Of a DNA stretch of 64,000 bases, positions 34,301 through 47,944 are shown in pieces. The stretch is from Azolla caroliniana. Lineage: Eukaryota > Plantae > Polypodiophyta. Position numbers and translations under genes: made by a program. Below the pieces are notes generated by a model. That model did no database searches and was not told the DNA's origin. It saw only the letters and a list, made by a program, of their open reading frames with translations. The stretch lies in contig JBHGNT010000021.1 of assembly GCA_043228905.1 (NCBI GenBank), positions 3,968,001 to 4,032,000 on the forward strand, read 5' to 3'. The stretch's first letter is position 1; the number at the start of each line of letters is the position of its first letter.

Positions 34301-35830
34301 GAATTAAAGGCAAGAGATAACAATTACATATCGTTATTTTGTTGAGACCCCGATAATCCACACATAGTCTAATGAGCCGTCCTGCTTCTTGACAAATAAG
34401 ATTGGGGCCCCAACCGGTGATTTGGAGGGTTGAATGAAGCCCTTGGCGAGGTTTTCATTCAGATATGTGCGAAGAGCCTCAAGTTCGGGTTCAGATAACC
34501 CATAGATGGGCCCAAATGGTGGATGTGCACCATCTTGGAGTTCAATTGGGCAATCATAGGGGTGATGTGCTGCTAACCGGTCTGCATTTCGCATTTCAAA
34601 CACATCCAAAAAGTCATTATATCTTGTTGGCAAATTGGTGACAGGAACAAAGACATCTTGTGACACAACAAGCACAAAAGCGACCAAGCTAAAATCGGCC
34701 ACAACGGAATCAGCAGTGTCAGAGACTGAGTTGAAATCAGAAGAATGTGCACCCAAGCTAAAAGTAACCCCCACACAAGTAACGGGGTGGGGAGTCATGA
34801 CATGTGCTGGCGTTTGTGGAAAAGGGATGGAGTGGTTGCACCAATCCACTACCGGATTGTGTGTTTCCAACTAGGAGAGCCCTAAAACAATCGAATGTCG
34901 AGGGGTTGTAATGAAGTAGAATGGTAATACCTCCTAGTGGAACCCAACTTGAAGTACCAACAAGACAATGGCTTCCATAACCCCCCCCCCCCCCCCCCCC
35001 CCAAATAGAGAACTCGTTCGTCGATAGCTTCAACGGATATGAGTTATGTTGTGTAGACGGTGGGGATTTTACGTGCCCGGACAAATGCGATATTGATGAA
35101 ACAAGTGGATGCACCAGAATCAAGCAAGGCATGGGATTGTATTGAAGTAGACCCAAAACAAAGACTTACTTGCAAAATAAAACCTCCAGCTGGCGTGGTT
35201 GAATTGTAGGAGCACGGTGAAGTAGGGTAATGGAAAGTGTCCAGCGGCACGACTCCTACTACATCCGGACTTGGTTGTTTTCCTGTTGTCGAGAAACCTC
35301 CGCAAGACGTGCACGGTGGGATTGATGACAAGGGCCGCGCACCGAGCAATGGTGGATGACATGGTCGGAGGTACCACAATGGAGGCAGAGGCCATTGTCA
35401 CGTCAATGTTGTCATTGGGCATCGGTTAATGGTTGGAACCGAGCATGGTCAATCTCCATTGGGGTATGGGGGTCGACCTCCATCGGGGTATGAGTATCAT
35501 TGGAGGATGGCAATTGTGGCGTGCTTGGTGAAACTGATATATAGATGGAAAGCCTTGAGTCCCCCGTTCCTCCTGTCGAAGCTTAAAAAGACAATTATCA
35601 CATTGAACGGCTTCAGGGAGATTACCTGAGACAACGATGTGGACTCCGGAAAGTTTAAGAGAAGAGTCTTGACATCGTTTCGGAGGCCTCGACGAAACTG
35701 GTCACATAAGGCTTCGTCATCCCAGCTGACATCGCATGCGATCTGAAGAAACTCTGAAGCATAGATGGAAGCTGGACGAGAGCCTGTTGTAAGGAATAGA
35801 GCTTCATGAGTGTCGTTCATCGTTGTTCTG
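31326..35830 (-). mobile_element. Decayed Ty3/gypsy chromovirus-type (Tcn1/Tf2-like) element with internal deletions; probable 3' LTR remnant ~31326-31787
   Basis: Gag (SWDDEALCDQFRRGL), protease ALLDSGAS, RT start PPFGPIYGLS...SKSPVGAPILFVKK, RNase [21 protein letters not shown], integrase VDRFSKMAHF/SDRGSQF; purine tract at 31791-31806 on the minus strand. RT core is deleted near 34285. Boundaries approximate. Confidence 0.85.
32495..33139. mobile_element. Solo LTR (645 bp, AT-rich) nested in the integrase of the decayed gypsy
   Basis: TG...CA ends; 5-bp TSD CAAAG (32490-32494, 33140-33144); removing it rejoins [25 protein letters not shown]. Confidence 0.88.
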
Positions 35831-37715
35831 TCTCTCCGAATGTGGCTTCAAGCTCCACAAAGGAAGGCAGGAAAGTTGTTTAAGAGTCAATGGCGGAAAA
35901 CGAGATCTCTTGTGCCTGTATCACTAATGTCATTCCCTCCTCCTGATGGTTGTTGTCGATTGGGGCTTGCCATGATAACCAACATACATTCCCTCACTTG
36001 AATATGCCTTGCACTGGGCATAATTGCAATAGTCGGCCAACCCCCCGCTATATTTGATGGGTCTTTAGGCAGAAATATTCTAAGACCCCCTTCTACAAAT
36101 ATGTTAGTTGTAATGCCTATGTGAATATAATTGAGGCCGCAAAACTTCTAGCTTTGAACCCAAAACATTGTTGGAATGATTGCATGTAGAATATGAGGAT
36201 CATAAAAAAAAGATTCTTCAGCTATGAATATGTGGATAGGTTGAAGAAAGCAAAAGGAGATCTTTTCATTTGTGAGGTTAAAATAAAATGTGTGAGTATG
36301 TATGTTCAAAAAAAATAGAATGTGGAAGCATACACAAATATGATTTGTGGTTCCAATTACCTTAAGCATATGAAAGAAATAGATATCCAAATCCACATTT
36401 TTTTAGATTGAAAGAATACGCATGCTAGAAGGCAGGGAGTGACGAAGGCAAAATAAAACTTTGCATTCTCTCAACACACAATTTTGTTCTTTTTAAGCAA
36501 TGATCTTGATGGTCAAAGATTTTGCTTTGATCATTACACTTATGTGAAGGGTTTGCTATTTTCCACATTCTAAAACAATTGAGGTGTACAACTAAATTCT
36601 CCAAGTGTCAGGTTGTTCGGCCCCTTAATTGTTATGTTTCTTACGATGGCCAACCTTTTATTATAGACCTTCTATATTTAGTATGTTTTAAAATTGCCAT
36701 TCTCAAATCATCAAAACAAATGTAATCAATCAACCACTTGGGTTTTATTTATTAACCATATAAGAGAGTTGAGCACTATGACTTGTTGAAGAGATGAGTA
36801 AGAGGTCATGCATAAGAAAGTTGAATGTTCAGGGTTGCCTTTAGCATCTTGCCAATCACAAATAAACTAAACATTTTGCTAGAGACAAATCACTGGTATG
36901 TGTTTATCAAAAGCCACAATAATTAACTAATTGATTGATTGACATGTTTTTGTATACAAAGGAATATTGGAATAGGTATTTGTTAAGATGTAGGTAAATA
37001 ATGTACATTGTGCATTGTCATGAGATTCTTTCCTTCATATTACTTATTTTCAATTGTTTATCAGCAAGCACTACAACAATTCATGTTGTAAAGAAATTTG
37101 GACATTGTGTTCATGGGGTGAAGAAAGATGAGGTAAAAACAACCTTCACCAACATGCATCTTGAAGCAATGTCCTAATTAGGATAAGGAGAAAATAATGA
37201 AGAGTATCATGAGGACATTCAGGATGAAATCCGTGTGTCCTATTTTGATGAGTTAAGACAGCATGGTGGTGTACTTGAGGAAAACTTGATTGTGCCACCT
37301 TTGATAAGTAATGATAGTTGTCCATGAATCAACCAAGCAAGCCTTCATGAGCCGGAGGTAATGATAAACTCTTAGACTTGGGACCATGCCTTGGGTTTTT
37401 CTTCCTCAAAAAAATATTTTATGCAAGTGTTGTAATGGATGCATTAGCTTTTTTTTTTAGTTCTTTCTAGTTATGTTTAAACCAAAATTGTATATAATAA
37501 AGATAATGTTTCTAACAATCATACATAATATCTCTTATTCAATGTTGAGAACATTAAATATAATGGGACTCTCACTAGCCGAGAAAAATTGTGTGTCGTG
37601 TGATTTCGTTTGAAAATAATGATTTGTTGATATTTGCATTTAAGTACTTACTTTCATTGTTTAGCATACCTAGTATAGAAACTAAAATATCTATAAATAA
37701 GATACCTCAGTGATG

Positions 37716-38227
37716 CGGGCTTCACCTTATGGTATGTCTGGAAAGCACGATGCTTAAAGGTTTTCCAAGATCGGGTACAACCCCCAGAGGAAGTGATCAT
37801 GGATATCTGGTTCGCGCTTATCAGCTGCCTACGAGGGCAATTAGATGAGGTTTGCAACCACTCCAATGACGTGGCCACTGCCCGGTTGCGCTTTTGGCAG
37901 AAATGGCGGAACACACCTATGGTGACGCTAGGAGAAAGTGGACCGAGGTGGAACTACCAGCCCCCACGATGGTTGTTTCCTTCTTTCATGCCTCCCTCCC
38001 TTCGATGTAGGCCCCGGGAGTCGGCTCATTCTAGCCGACACTAAAGGCCACTGCTTTTAGGTATAGGTATCTACTTACTTTAGGTAGTCGGTTTGAAAAA
38101 CTATGTAAGTAGTCTCATTTTCTTGATCTTGATCTGAGGGAGATTCCCCGTTTTGTGTATAAGCTTCCTTGTAATAATCCTTCCTAACTAATGGGAAAGT
38201 AGCTTTACTTTGGAAGAAAAAAAAAAA
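37716..38227 (+). mobile_element. 5'-truncated L1-type LINE (~510 bp) with poly(A) tail and >=15-bp TSD
   Basis: GATACCTCAGTGATG at 37701-37715 and 38228-38242; A-run 38217-38227; reading frame LWYVWKARCLKVF matches the plant L1 ORF2 C-terminal WxxWKxR motif. Confidence 0.9.
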
Positions 38228-41200
38228 GATACCTCAGTGATGTGGCCCAAAATTTAAACTTGTTTTCAAGTTGGGTAAACGTAAATTTGTTTGCATTATC
38301 CTTAATGGATCTATTACATTAGTTGTTCCTTGTGCAAATATGTTGTTGTAAACAAATCTCAATAATATAGCCTAAGACCACACTTGTTTTTCAACCCAGA
38401 TTATTTTAAGCATTGTCAGTGGTATACATATGTAATGAGAACTCTTCAACATTACCCATTCCTTACGCAAACACATTACTATATATTACATTTACTTGTG
38501 ATTGTTAACTTAGATTGAGTGCAAAATAATCTAGTACACCTATGTTGATCTTTATTATTCTTAATCATGTATTTAATATGCGATCAGACACCTCGACTTA
38601 AACTAAGCATATGTATATAGATATGTACTTTTGCCGCATATAGAAATGATCTTGAAAAGAAACATGCATTAGCAATGCAAAAAGTGGAAATTATACAATT
38701 TGAATTTACGCCAATATGGTTAAGAAACTAACAAAAGTCTTGTTTTCCACTTAAAGGAGCTCTTTATCTTGGGATCCATCTCTTGAAAAATGTGCCTATT
38801 TTCCACTACAAGACAAACCCTAGCAAATAAATATTGGGTTCCATTTCTAGAACATTAACTAATCAATCATCTTCCCACCCACACAAGGAGGAATCCCCAC
38901 AAGTAAATCAAAAATATATATTGTTGTTGACTATCTATGTCAGGACTCAGGGGCATGCTCCATGCTCCTTGTTTTAATTCTCACCCTATATTGATTTATC
39001 TTGTACTCAATTTACATGTGCATATAGTAAATGCCAAAATTATGACAATTTAATAGATGTCAGATCATGAGATGAGCAACAATATTGATGTGGAGCATAT
39101 GTATATATATGCTAACAACATAATTCATATAATATCTTGTGATCCTTAATGCACATCTACTCATAGAATCACTAATAACGTCAGCCCACAAATCAAATAA
39201 TCTTTGTGGTAATTAAGTTCCAAGGTAATGAATAAATCATATGTGCACATTAATCGGTTGTGACTTATGTTTTTGCCATTATCAACATTTTAATACATAC
39301 CTCAATGTGTCATGCTTGCCATCATTTAATTGATGAGAGAGAGAGAGAGAAGAAGGAAATTTGCATTAGCCAATGTGGTTTATGAGGCCAATTTGATATA
39401 CAATTTATAGTTTGTGCACTAGAGAATAGGTTGTTGGATAGTATAAAAGGTAATACGTATCAAGCGGAGCTTAAGCATTTGGAGTTTCATGCCATCTAGG
39501 ACATAAGTGTATTTTATAGACAACTTTTGATAAGGTGGACTGGTTTTACTCAACACCAAAGTATTTATTTAAGCCAATGGTTAGAATTTAGAAAAATATA
39601 GGGGATATGTGGTATATCTTGTATGTTTAGCCTTATGGCGCTTTCTAATAGTAATGTAGTATTGTTTTTGGGAAAAAACGACACTTCATCTCGATTTTAT
39701 TAATGTGTTCGAGGAGTCTTGACACAAGCCTCTAATGCTTCATGATGATTTTGTGGAGACAATGTCACAGTGTTCTCCTAAGTGTTCTTGAACATCACTT
39801 AGCCTTAATTTCTTCAACTCTCTCCAAGATGAGACACACAAGTGGATTATAATGTAGTTACTAGTTAGTATTATACAAGACGATTCAATTATTGTCCATG
39901 TACTTTTTCTTAGATTCAAACTGATAAATTAATGTAGGTGTCACATAATTAATGAGTTATAAATAAAATGAAAGCTATTCTTTATTGAGGTGTTTAGAAC
40001 TACATCATAGGATGTCTAATAGACACTTTCTATTGAAATGAAATCACACCTAAACTAACTTAGCGAAGCCCATAAATATACCTCTTGACTGTCCAACCAA
40101 CTTATTGAAAACTTGTAAATATTTCCTTTCTAACAACCAACCATCTCCAACTTATTATAAAATGCCACATGTGTGTCATTCACTTTTCAGTTTATTTCCT
40201 TTGCTTGAAGTGTGATCGTGTGTACACACACGCACACATGTGTAGATAGATAGTTAGATCTTTATGTCCAAGTCTTTAACAACCTTTATTATTATATTGT
40301 ATGATGTAAAGTCTGACCTCTGGCACTAAAGTCTTGTTGCCTAATAAAAGATAATAATTTTTGTTCCCTTAAATTTACGCACATGTGTTGAAGCATCATA
40401 AACAACATTAGCTTCTTGAGGCAATGTTATAATTCTAGCACTATGGGTTGCCATGATTTGCTGTCCCAAGAACATGATCATACATGTCGTCAAACACATC
40501 TCAACTTGATCAATGAAGTGATAAAGAAGAATGGCATTTGCATGCTTACATTGTGTCGTATGGCGTTTTCTTAATGTGGATGGGGGTGGATCAATGATAG
40601 TCTATCCATTATTTGAGAATCTCTCTGGGTGACAAAGAACACACTAATCCAAGTAACATGTTAACAATGAGGAGAGCATGTAAAACATAAGGATGGGGGT
40701 TGCTTATACATATTCTATAGAGAGAGAGGGGGGGGGGGGGGGGGGGGTTAAAAGTTACGTTACTTTTGATAGCTCTCTAATTGGAAACTTCCATATGTGA
40801 AAATATGAAGGCATCCAAATAAATATGTGAGTTGGCAAGACATCATAGTTGTCTTTTGTGTTGGCCTTAAGTCCATAAGCTCTCACTTGGGATCCTAGTG
40901 TCTTTTGTATTTGAGTTCTCAATTTTTTCGTAATTAATACATTACTATTTGACAGATAAAACATGAGTGTAGGCAAGTTAGTAAAAATTTTCCAACAAGG
41001 AAAAGGTTATGTGTTTTGACCCATGTATTCGTGAGGGGAATCTAGTACAATAGTTTTTTCAAACTCAATTCAATATCTCAAATTTGTACACAATTAGATG
41101 AACAACTTTGAACTATAGCACACCATTTACCCATTATTGTTTTTTAGCAATTATTTTGTAAATTTAGGGTTTTAAGATTTTGGTGGAGATATCATTATGT

Positions 41201-41765
41201 CAACAACCAAGGTGATTCCTAAAACACAGTGATCAAGGAGCATCAAAATCCATAATTAAACATGTAACTTTTTTAATAAGCTCACCTATAACAAGGTGGT
41301 GCAACAGGTCGGGATATCTTTAATTTTAACACTTAATCTCATAACCTCTAGGGCATCCCCACCTAACCCACCACATCAAGTGAAACTTGTGAATTAGTCC
41401 CCATCAAGTTTAAATATTTTAGATGAACATTGAACTGCTACACCTTATTCAGCTTTTGAGAGAGAGAGAGAGAGAGAGAAAAGAGAAGTGGAGAGGAAGG
41501 GACAAAAATACAGGTAAATGATGAGGAAGGGGGCGGGGATAAAGAATCCCACACAAGGACAAAAGAGTGGTGCATGTAAAGATATGGCCATAAAAACATT
41601 GTGAAGCATGATGATAATAAAGAAAGAGGAAAGATAATGCTCTAGGAAAGGAAAGGTAGCTAGAAAATAAGGGGTGAGAGGTGTATGTGAATGAAGGAAA
41701 TATTGTCGACGCATGGTTATAACAATTTAGTAAAAGGTTAAATTTACGTAATGCCGCAAGAAATG

Positions 41766-42112
41766 ATTACTTCCTCTTAGGTAGAAATTTCATTTATGTT
41801 ACTGTAGCATTTCACATACCATTAAGAAATCACATATTCATTTTTCCTTGTCTTCTTCCATGATAAAAGTAAGATTGAATGCATACTACGTCGTCCAAAG
41901 AATCGTCACTTATTCACTTTTCCTAGGTAGAAAGTTGAATTCTGACGTATAAAAACAACATCATCCAACTTATCATTCCCACCACCGTGCCATTTCAAAC
42001 ATGATCCCATCTACCTCTATTTTGTCCTCCTCTGTAAAGGTAAGGTCGAATCTATACACCCTAGGCGAAAAGGTCGTCACTTCTTCACTTTTCCTAGGTA
42101 GGGAGTTGACTT
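41766..42112. repeat. Three dispersed copies of a ~35-bp motif
   Basis: 'tcgtcactt.ttcacttttcctaggtag..agttga' at ~41903 and ~42074, with a weaker copy at ~41767. Confidence 0.55.
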
Positions 42113-44561
42113 CCACAAGCATTATGTAACAACATATTTTCGATCTCTTCTCTAGTTATCTCATAACACATTCTGTTGGTTTTAAAAAATACTGTATATT
42201 TTGAATACTTGTCATGTCATGTGGACATGATCAACATCGTTGTGTACGATTCCATCAACGCCAATTTGGTCAGCCAAGTGTATGTAGTTGGTTAAATGCG
42301 TTAGGATGTGGAGGTATTTGGGAGGTGTGGATGTGAAGTCACCTTTACTTTATCTCTAGATAACGATAAGACGAGTTTTTTCCGTAAAACCTTTACATCA
42401 TATTTGTAGTCTATAGATGAATGAGAAAATATGCACAACTTTTCTTTAATTTCTAAAGCACATACGTACCAAGCGTTGATGATGAATGAAAAAGCATTGA
42501 ACATCCATTTTTATTTAATAAAGACGCAACTTGAAATTCTCCTATCATGCAACTTTGGCCAAAACCATGGTGGGTACTCAACCCAATGCTTGGTCTATTA
42601 TTAAACTTTATCTCATTCTCAACCTGATCTAGTGGTCAACAACTATGGTTAATATGTGGTCAAGCCAATAATGTGAAATCATCGTACAAATTGTATTTCC
42701 TTGTTTGCAGAAAACCGCGTTGATATCCCTTGTGTTGTTCCAAACATAACCTCTCTCTCAAAAGTCAAATCAACAAAAAAGTCACGTCAACTTTTCTACA
42801 CTTTTCCTAAGTTGAAACTTGTCCCTCATCGCCATAACTTGCCACGCACCATATAAAACTTGGTCTCAACTCTCACCTCTCTTGTACCATCTCTCACCTT
42901 CTTTGTCTCCTCTTTACATACAGATTGATCCATATAGTAAATGGTGCTTCTCTCATCGTTTTGATAGTTGCTTTATGCACAAAAATATTGGGCCTTCCTT
43001 TACTTAGTATATATAGAAGGTTTTTTGAGATCAACAATTTATGTATTGTGAATCTCACCAACTATGTAGCATGCATGGTAGGTAAGTCATCTACCAAGCA
43101 AGAAAAATTCCGAAATACTAGAAAGTTTTTCACTACTTCCCCAACTTTTTTGATTATTTCTTCACAACCTCCCTAACCCCTTGCGTGGAAAAGAGTGGAG
43201 GGGAATGAATTGACAATACAACAAGTCAAATTCAGGAGAGTGGGGACGAAATCCAACTTAATTTCTAAAACACATTCAATTGGCTTGACATGGGGTTGAC
43301 CGAGGGTGTCATATGGTGAGAAAGAGGCCACATATGATCAATAGTAAACAGGCACTTCGTGCGAAACAGAGGTTTTGACTCTTTATCGATAGTTGATCAA
43401 CGTTACAGGACAAACTATAACGATTTCATTGCGATTATCAACATTACAAAGACAAAACTATAATGATTTCATTGTGATTATCATCAGAAGAGTTTTGAAG
43501 TAAAAGAAGTATGTATGCACACACACACACACACACACACATTATTTTGTGATGCCAAGGCGTGTGTGAGTTCAGCTAATGTAATTATCTAACTCTATGG
43601 GGCTACATTTGTAATTTCCACATAAATAAAATATATATGGCTGGCCACACACATCACGTGCTCGATCCTCAAAACCCTAAACCCTCTCGCTTTCGAATTA
43701 GGGTTTTAGCGTTGGAAGTGTACGCAGAGACAGAGACAGAGACAGAGACAGAGCTCTCCTCTCTCTCTCTCATGGAATAATGGAAAAGATGAGAGTATAT
43801 ATGTGTCTCTTATTCCCTTCTTCTTCCAACCTTTTTTGCACACCGCCATCACATTATCAGAGGTGAGTCTGTCTGTATTGATTAGTAGTAGGTCACATGT
43901 TTTGCAACCTTCGGCTCTTGCTACACACAATTATAGCCTCATGGATATGTTGGTAATGAACCTGAACCTGAACAAGGTACATATCGACTATAGAGAGAGG
44001 ACGTCGAAATTGAGTATTACAATATAATACATTAAAAAAAAACAAGGAAGACATCAGTAAAAATTTGTTTTTTTCCTCTTTTTTTTATTGTTTTAAGTTA
44101 ACCAAATGGTTACATCTTTCTGAGAATGAATTTTGGCAGTATCTACCTTTCCATTCTAGGTAGACATTGCCAAACAAATCAATAATGTATGGGAAATATG
44201 TGGTCAGCAGAAAATCAATGGTGTGTGGGGGTGGAGCTCTTACAATGGAACATCACTTGGGGATTTGTTTGTTGCAGAAAAAATATATATCCCCATTTTT
44301 TATTTATCTGGAGAAGCATTTCTGGACTTCACAATGCAAGCTAAACAAATCGGATTTGTCGGCAATCACGTGCGTGTAATCGTGATATCGAGAATATGGT
44401 CCCTATAGGCACTAGTTTACAAGTGAGAGGGGCATGTACAGAAGAAAGCTTCTTTGGGGAATGAATCCTGACCTAGAGAACTAATTTACACTTTACAAAT
44501 GGAAATTGTGTGAGAGATAATGAAATAAGAGCCTAAAAACACAGCATACTGTGGGTGCAAG

Positions 44562-47500
44562 CTATAACACCACCTTTGTCTCCTCTGGGGACTGCTGCTT
44601 GGACTGCTGTGCTGTCCAGTGGGAGTGTGCCTGTATAACACGATCTAGGAGTGTTTGTGGGACAGTTTCTCCTCTCCGCTGGTGTGGTGCAATGCTTGCT
44701 GTATGTACCAATGTCTTCCATTTATCCTGCTCATTATCCAAAAATGTGATATTATACAATTCGTTGTTAGACTTGATATTATGGCTTTTCCTAGTTCTCC
44801 CATAGAAATATGTTTGTCAGGCACAAATCTGACCTTTAGATCAACATATGTCCTATGCTTAGCCTGAGGGAACGCATGCAACTTTACATCGCGCCACCTG
44901 TGACAAACAATAGTCAATGCAACAAGCATTAGAAGAACAAATCTATCAAGAACCAATGACATTAAGCTTGAGAGAAATTCTACATCTAACTTGCCTTCCA
45001 GTTCCGAGCTCCTCCACTGCCTGTACTAGTAACTCTACTTCGGCAACGCTAAATGGCCGCCTTATACGACGCTTATTCATTGCATTTTGTGCAAAAGGAA
45101 CAACTGCCAATCCGTTCAACGCATTGTTTGATTGAGTAGGATGAAGGATAAGAGCACAACTAGAACTAGGTATGAGCACCCCATTTGCATCATGCATTGA
45201 TATATCTTGTTTGTTCGGACTTGGAATTGTAGATTGTATTTTATCTGTTCCTAATATAAGCAGTTGTTTATTGTTTGTGAGATACTGGAACCATAACTTG
45301 CATATATTTTCAGAATTCCGGACAAAATTTACTCACCTGAGCTATACTGTGTCTCGATCTCAACCAACCCCCCAGATGTACCCATGTGTACGGAGCTGTT
45401 ATTGACTTCATTTTTCTTTGGCAGAGATTGATATCTGTTTGTAAATGCCATAAACCTTGGATGAGAACCAGGATTATGTCAAAGAAATACTCCAGAAATT
45501 CTTATTTGCTGCATTGGAGGTTAGGTTGTAAAACAATAAAAATTGCGGAAAGTTTTTCTTAAAGAGTTTGATCCATTACCGTAATGGTGTTTGATTGTTT
45601 CCATGGGAAAGTACAAGAAAGGCATCTTCCATGCTTGTAGTTGTGGACATCTGATTTGGCTCCAACATAAATCCCAGCTTTCCACCATTTGATATCCCAG
45701 CTTGAAGCAGACTCTCTGTCTCATCAACTACCTTCTTACCTTGAAGAAGCACTCGTACACAAAGGCCTCCTCCAAGAAGATTCATAGCAGCATCCATGAC
45801 TGCTTTCTGAAGTGACAAGTAATCATCAATCATTTTCAATTCTGCAAAGACAAAACTTTCAATGTAATCCAGCAACTGATCTTAACCTTTAGATTTGCAA
45901 TTGTTGCAGATTCAGGGAGGTTCACTGAGAGCTCTGGAACCATGAATGACTGTATGCTGAATTTAACTGCATATTGATTATCCAACTGACTTAGTAGTTC
46001 GATGAGTTCCTTTGGAGGAAATATATAAATATAACTAAATAATTGAGCAACATTAAGATGCACATACCGTGATCCCCTGATTTTTTTGTAGTTGATTTTC
46101 GAGGACTTGAAATTGAAGAAGAACTTTCAGGTTTTTCTAAATCTGTTTCAAACTCATACAAAGTTAGCTTGACAGGTAATTAGTAGCACTAACAATTGTT
46201 ATATTTCCAGATCGAATGTGCAATCTCATCCCTTTATGAGCATTAAATCTCTCTCATGCACAACCCCAACCTCTTATTAAATTGTTTACATTTAGATGGA
46301 TGGAAACCTTCCGGTAGATGACCTCTTATTAAATTGTTTACATTTAGATGGATGGAAACCTTCTGGTAGATGTGCAATCTTGCCCCTTTATGAGCATTAA
46401 ATCTCTCTCATGCACAACCCCAACCTCTTATGAGATTTCTTACATTTAGATGAATGGAAACCTTCTGGTATTTACCTTTCTCAATCTTGCTTGGTGAAGA
46501 AAGCATATTGGTATTTTGTTCAGCATCTATAACAATGTTCAGAGAGGATAACTGTTCTGCCTTTTTGTCAAGACTCGGTGCTGATATTACTGTTGCCTTT
46601 CTTCCGGTTCTTGCTTTAGAACCTCTTCGTTTTCTGTCTTTCTCATCTTTTTCTCCATCTGTGGAAAAAGAAGTTTTAAAACTCATTATTTTCTCGTATT
46701 GTGATGAACTTGGAGGTATGTATGAAAATCATTGAAATGATAGAATTACCTTCCATTCTACGACGCTTTTGTTTAACAGCCGTTGAGAAATCCTGCTTCT
46801 TGGTTCCATTATTTGATGATCTTGCTATTAGAGGCTTGAAGGATGTGTCTGATAGCTCTGTAATTAGAGATTTCAAAGTTGAAGATTTTCCATCTTCATG
46901 TAAACCTCCTTTTGAGGCCGAAAAGCTTTGGATTCCAACATGCTGTCTTTTTGACTCAACAGCAGTAGTTGAGTCGTATTTTGCTTCCATTAGAAATAGT
47001 GTTTCCTCACTGCTCCCTGAGCTGAGAAGAGGAGGGCTCTCCGCATCAACAACATCGTGAAAAGAGTTTTGTATGATCAACTTAATTTCTTCACATTGTC
47101 TGGCTGCAGCACTCATCATATGTTTTTCGATGTCTGCCTTTTTTAAGCCATATGAATGCATGACGGCAGATGTAGAGAGCTGAGTAGGTTTGCATGTGTG
47201 GCCGGTCTCTCCTGTTTCAGGTTTGATCAGCATGCTAAATGGAACCATGTCCGCCGAATCCTTTCGGCAGCAAGATGAAGCTTCTGAGTTCCTCTTCCTC
47301 CGAGAAGAATATATCATCGTCGCATTAGCGTCAGATTCATGTGGCATCATCAGTAGATCTGGATGATCAAGGCAGGAAATCACTGAATACTGATCGTGCA
47401 GAAGTTCAGACTTTGGTAGAATAAGACTCGGATTGCTGCTAGCTTTGGCAGTTTCTGATGGGTTTCCGACCTGATCTGAACTTGCATTTTTTAACTCCTT

Positions 47501-47944
47501 CTGTCCTGTAATTGAAGGAAAAGGGGGGGATTCTATGTATTCAACTTCCTTGTTGGCCTCAGTTTCCACATTCCCTTTGGAGGCCTCAATGCTTTGGGGA
47601 GCCTCATCTTTCTGCTCCTGCAAGAGCTGGCCTGCCACTGTTGCCAAGAGCTCAAAGGAGTGCATGTCTTTAGTGGCATCATTGGCAATAACATTGGATT
47701 TCTTCACTCCATCTCCTCTACCCTATAAGTATTCACAGATCTCAATCAGGATTCAGGCGCATTTACGGAATCAAAGTAAGGAAAATTGTAGACAGAAAAC
47801 AATACTACATGAATTTCATTATTATAAGGAAAAGTAGAGGCGAAGTAGTATTAGTATTAGTACTCGTGACGAGCGTGTCGCTTTTGGGAATCTGCGTTCA
47901 TATCCGGGGAACCCGAAACTGAGTGTTCTGTTGCGTCCCTCCAT
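44562..47944 (-). CDS. TRFL: TRF-like telomere repeat-binding protein (TRP1/TBP1/TRFL group I; ubiquitin-like domain, telobox Myb, Myb-extension), 10 exons, ~740 aa
   Basis: Exons 47944-47864, 47722-46750, 46658-46476, 46142-46068, 45966-45887, 45806-45580, 45455-45337, 45250-44995, 44897-44834, 44726-44562 total 2223 nt in frame. Motifs: FGFPGY..PKATRS, SFELLATVAGQLL, VKFSIQSFMVPEL, RRIRRPFSVAEVELLVQAVEELGTGRWRDVK, HRTYVDLKDKWKTL, PHQRRGETVPQTLLDRV. Acceptors of exons 4, 7 and 8 are less certain. Confidence 0.95.
46217..46470. repeat. Complex tandem duplication inside TRFL intron 3
   Basis: 'acctcttat...ttacatttagatg.atggaaaccttc.ggta' occurs three times and 'tgtgcaatct...ttatgagcattaaatctctctcatgcacaacccca' twice. 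Confidence 0.8.

Noticed and set aside
36000-37620. Possible hAT transposase remnant
   Set aside because: Only a faint resemblance near 37060-37170; no open frame, TIR or TSD could be established.
43612-43900. Telomerase RNA candidate (CTAAACCCT template-like sequence after ttccacat and a TATA-like tract)
   Set aside because: USE-TATA spacing is too short for a plant type-3 Pol III promoter, and the G-rich 5'/C-rich 3' closing stem of plant TRs is not evident; better read as telo-boxes.
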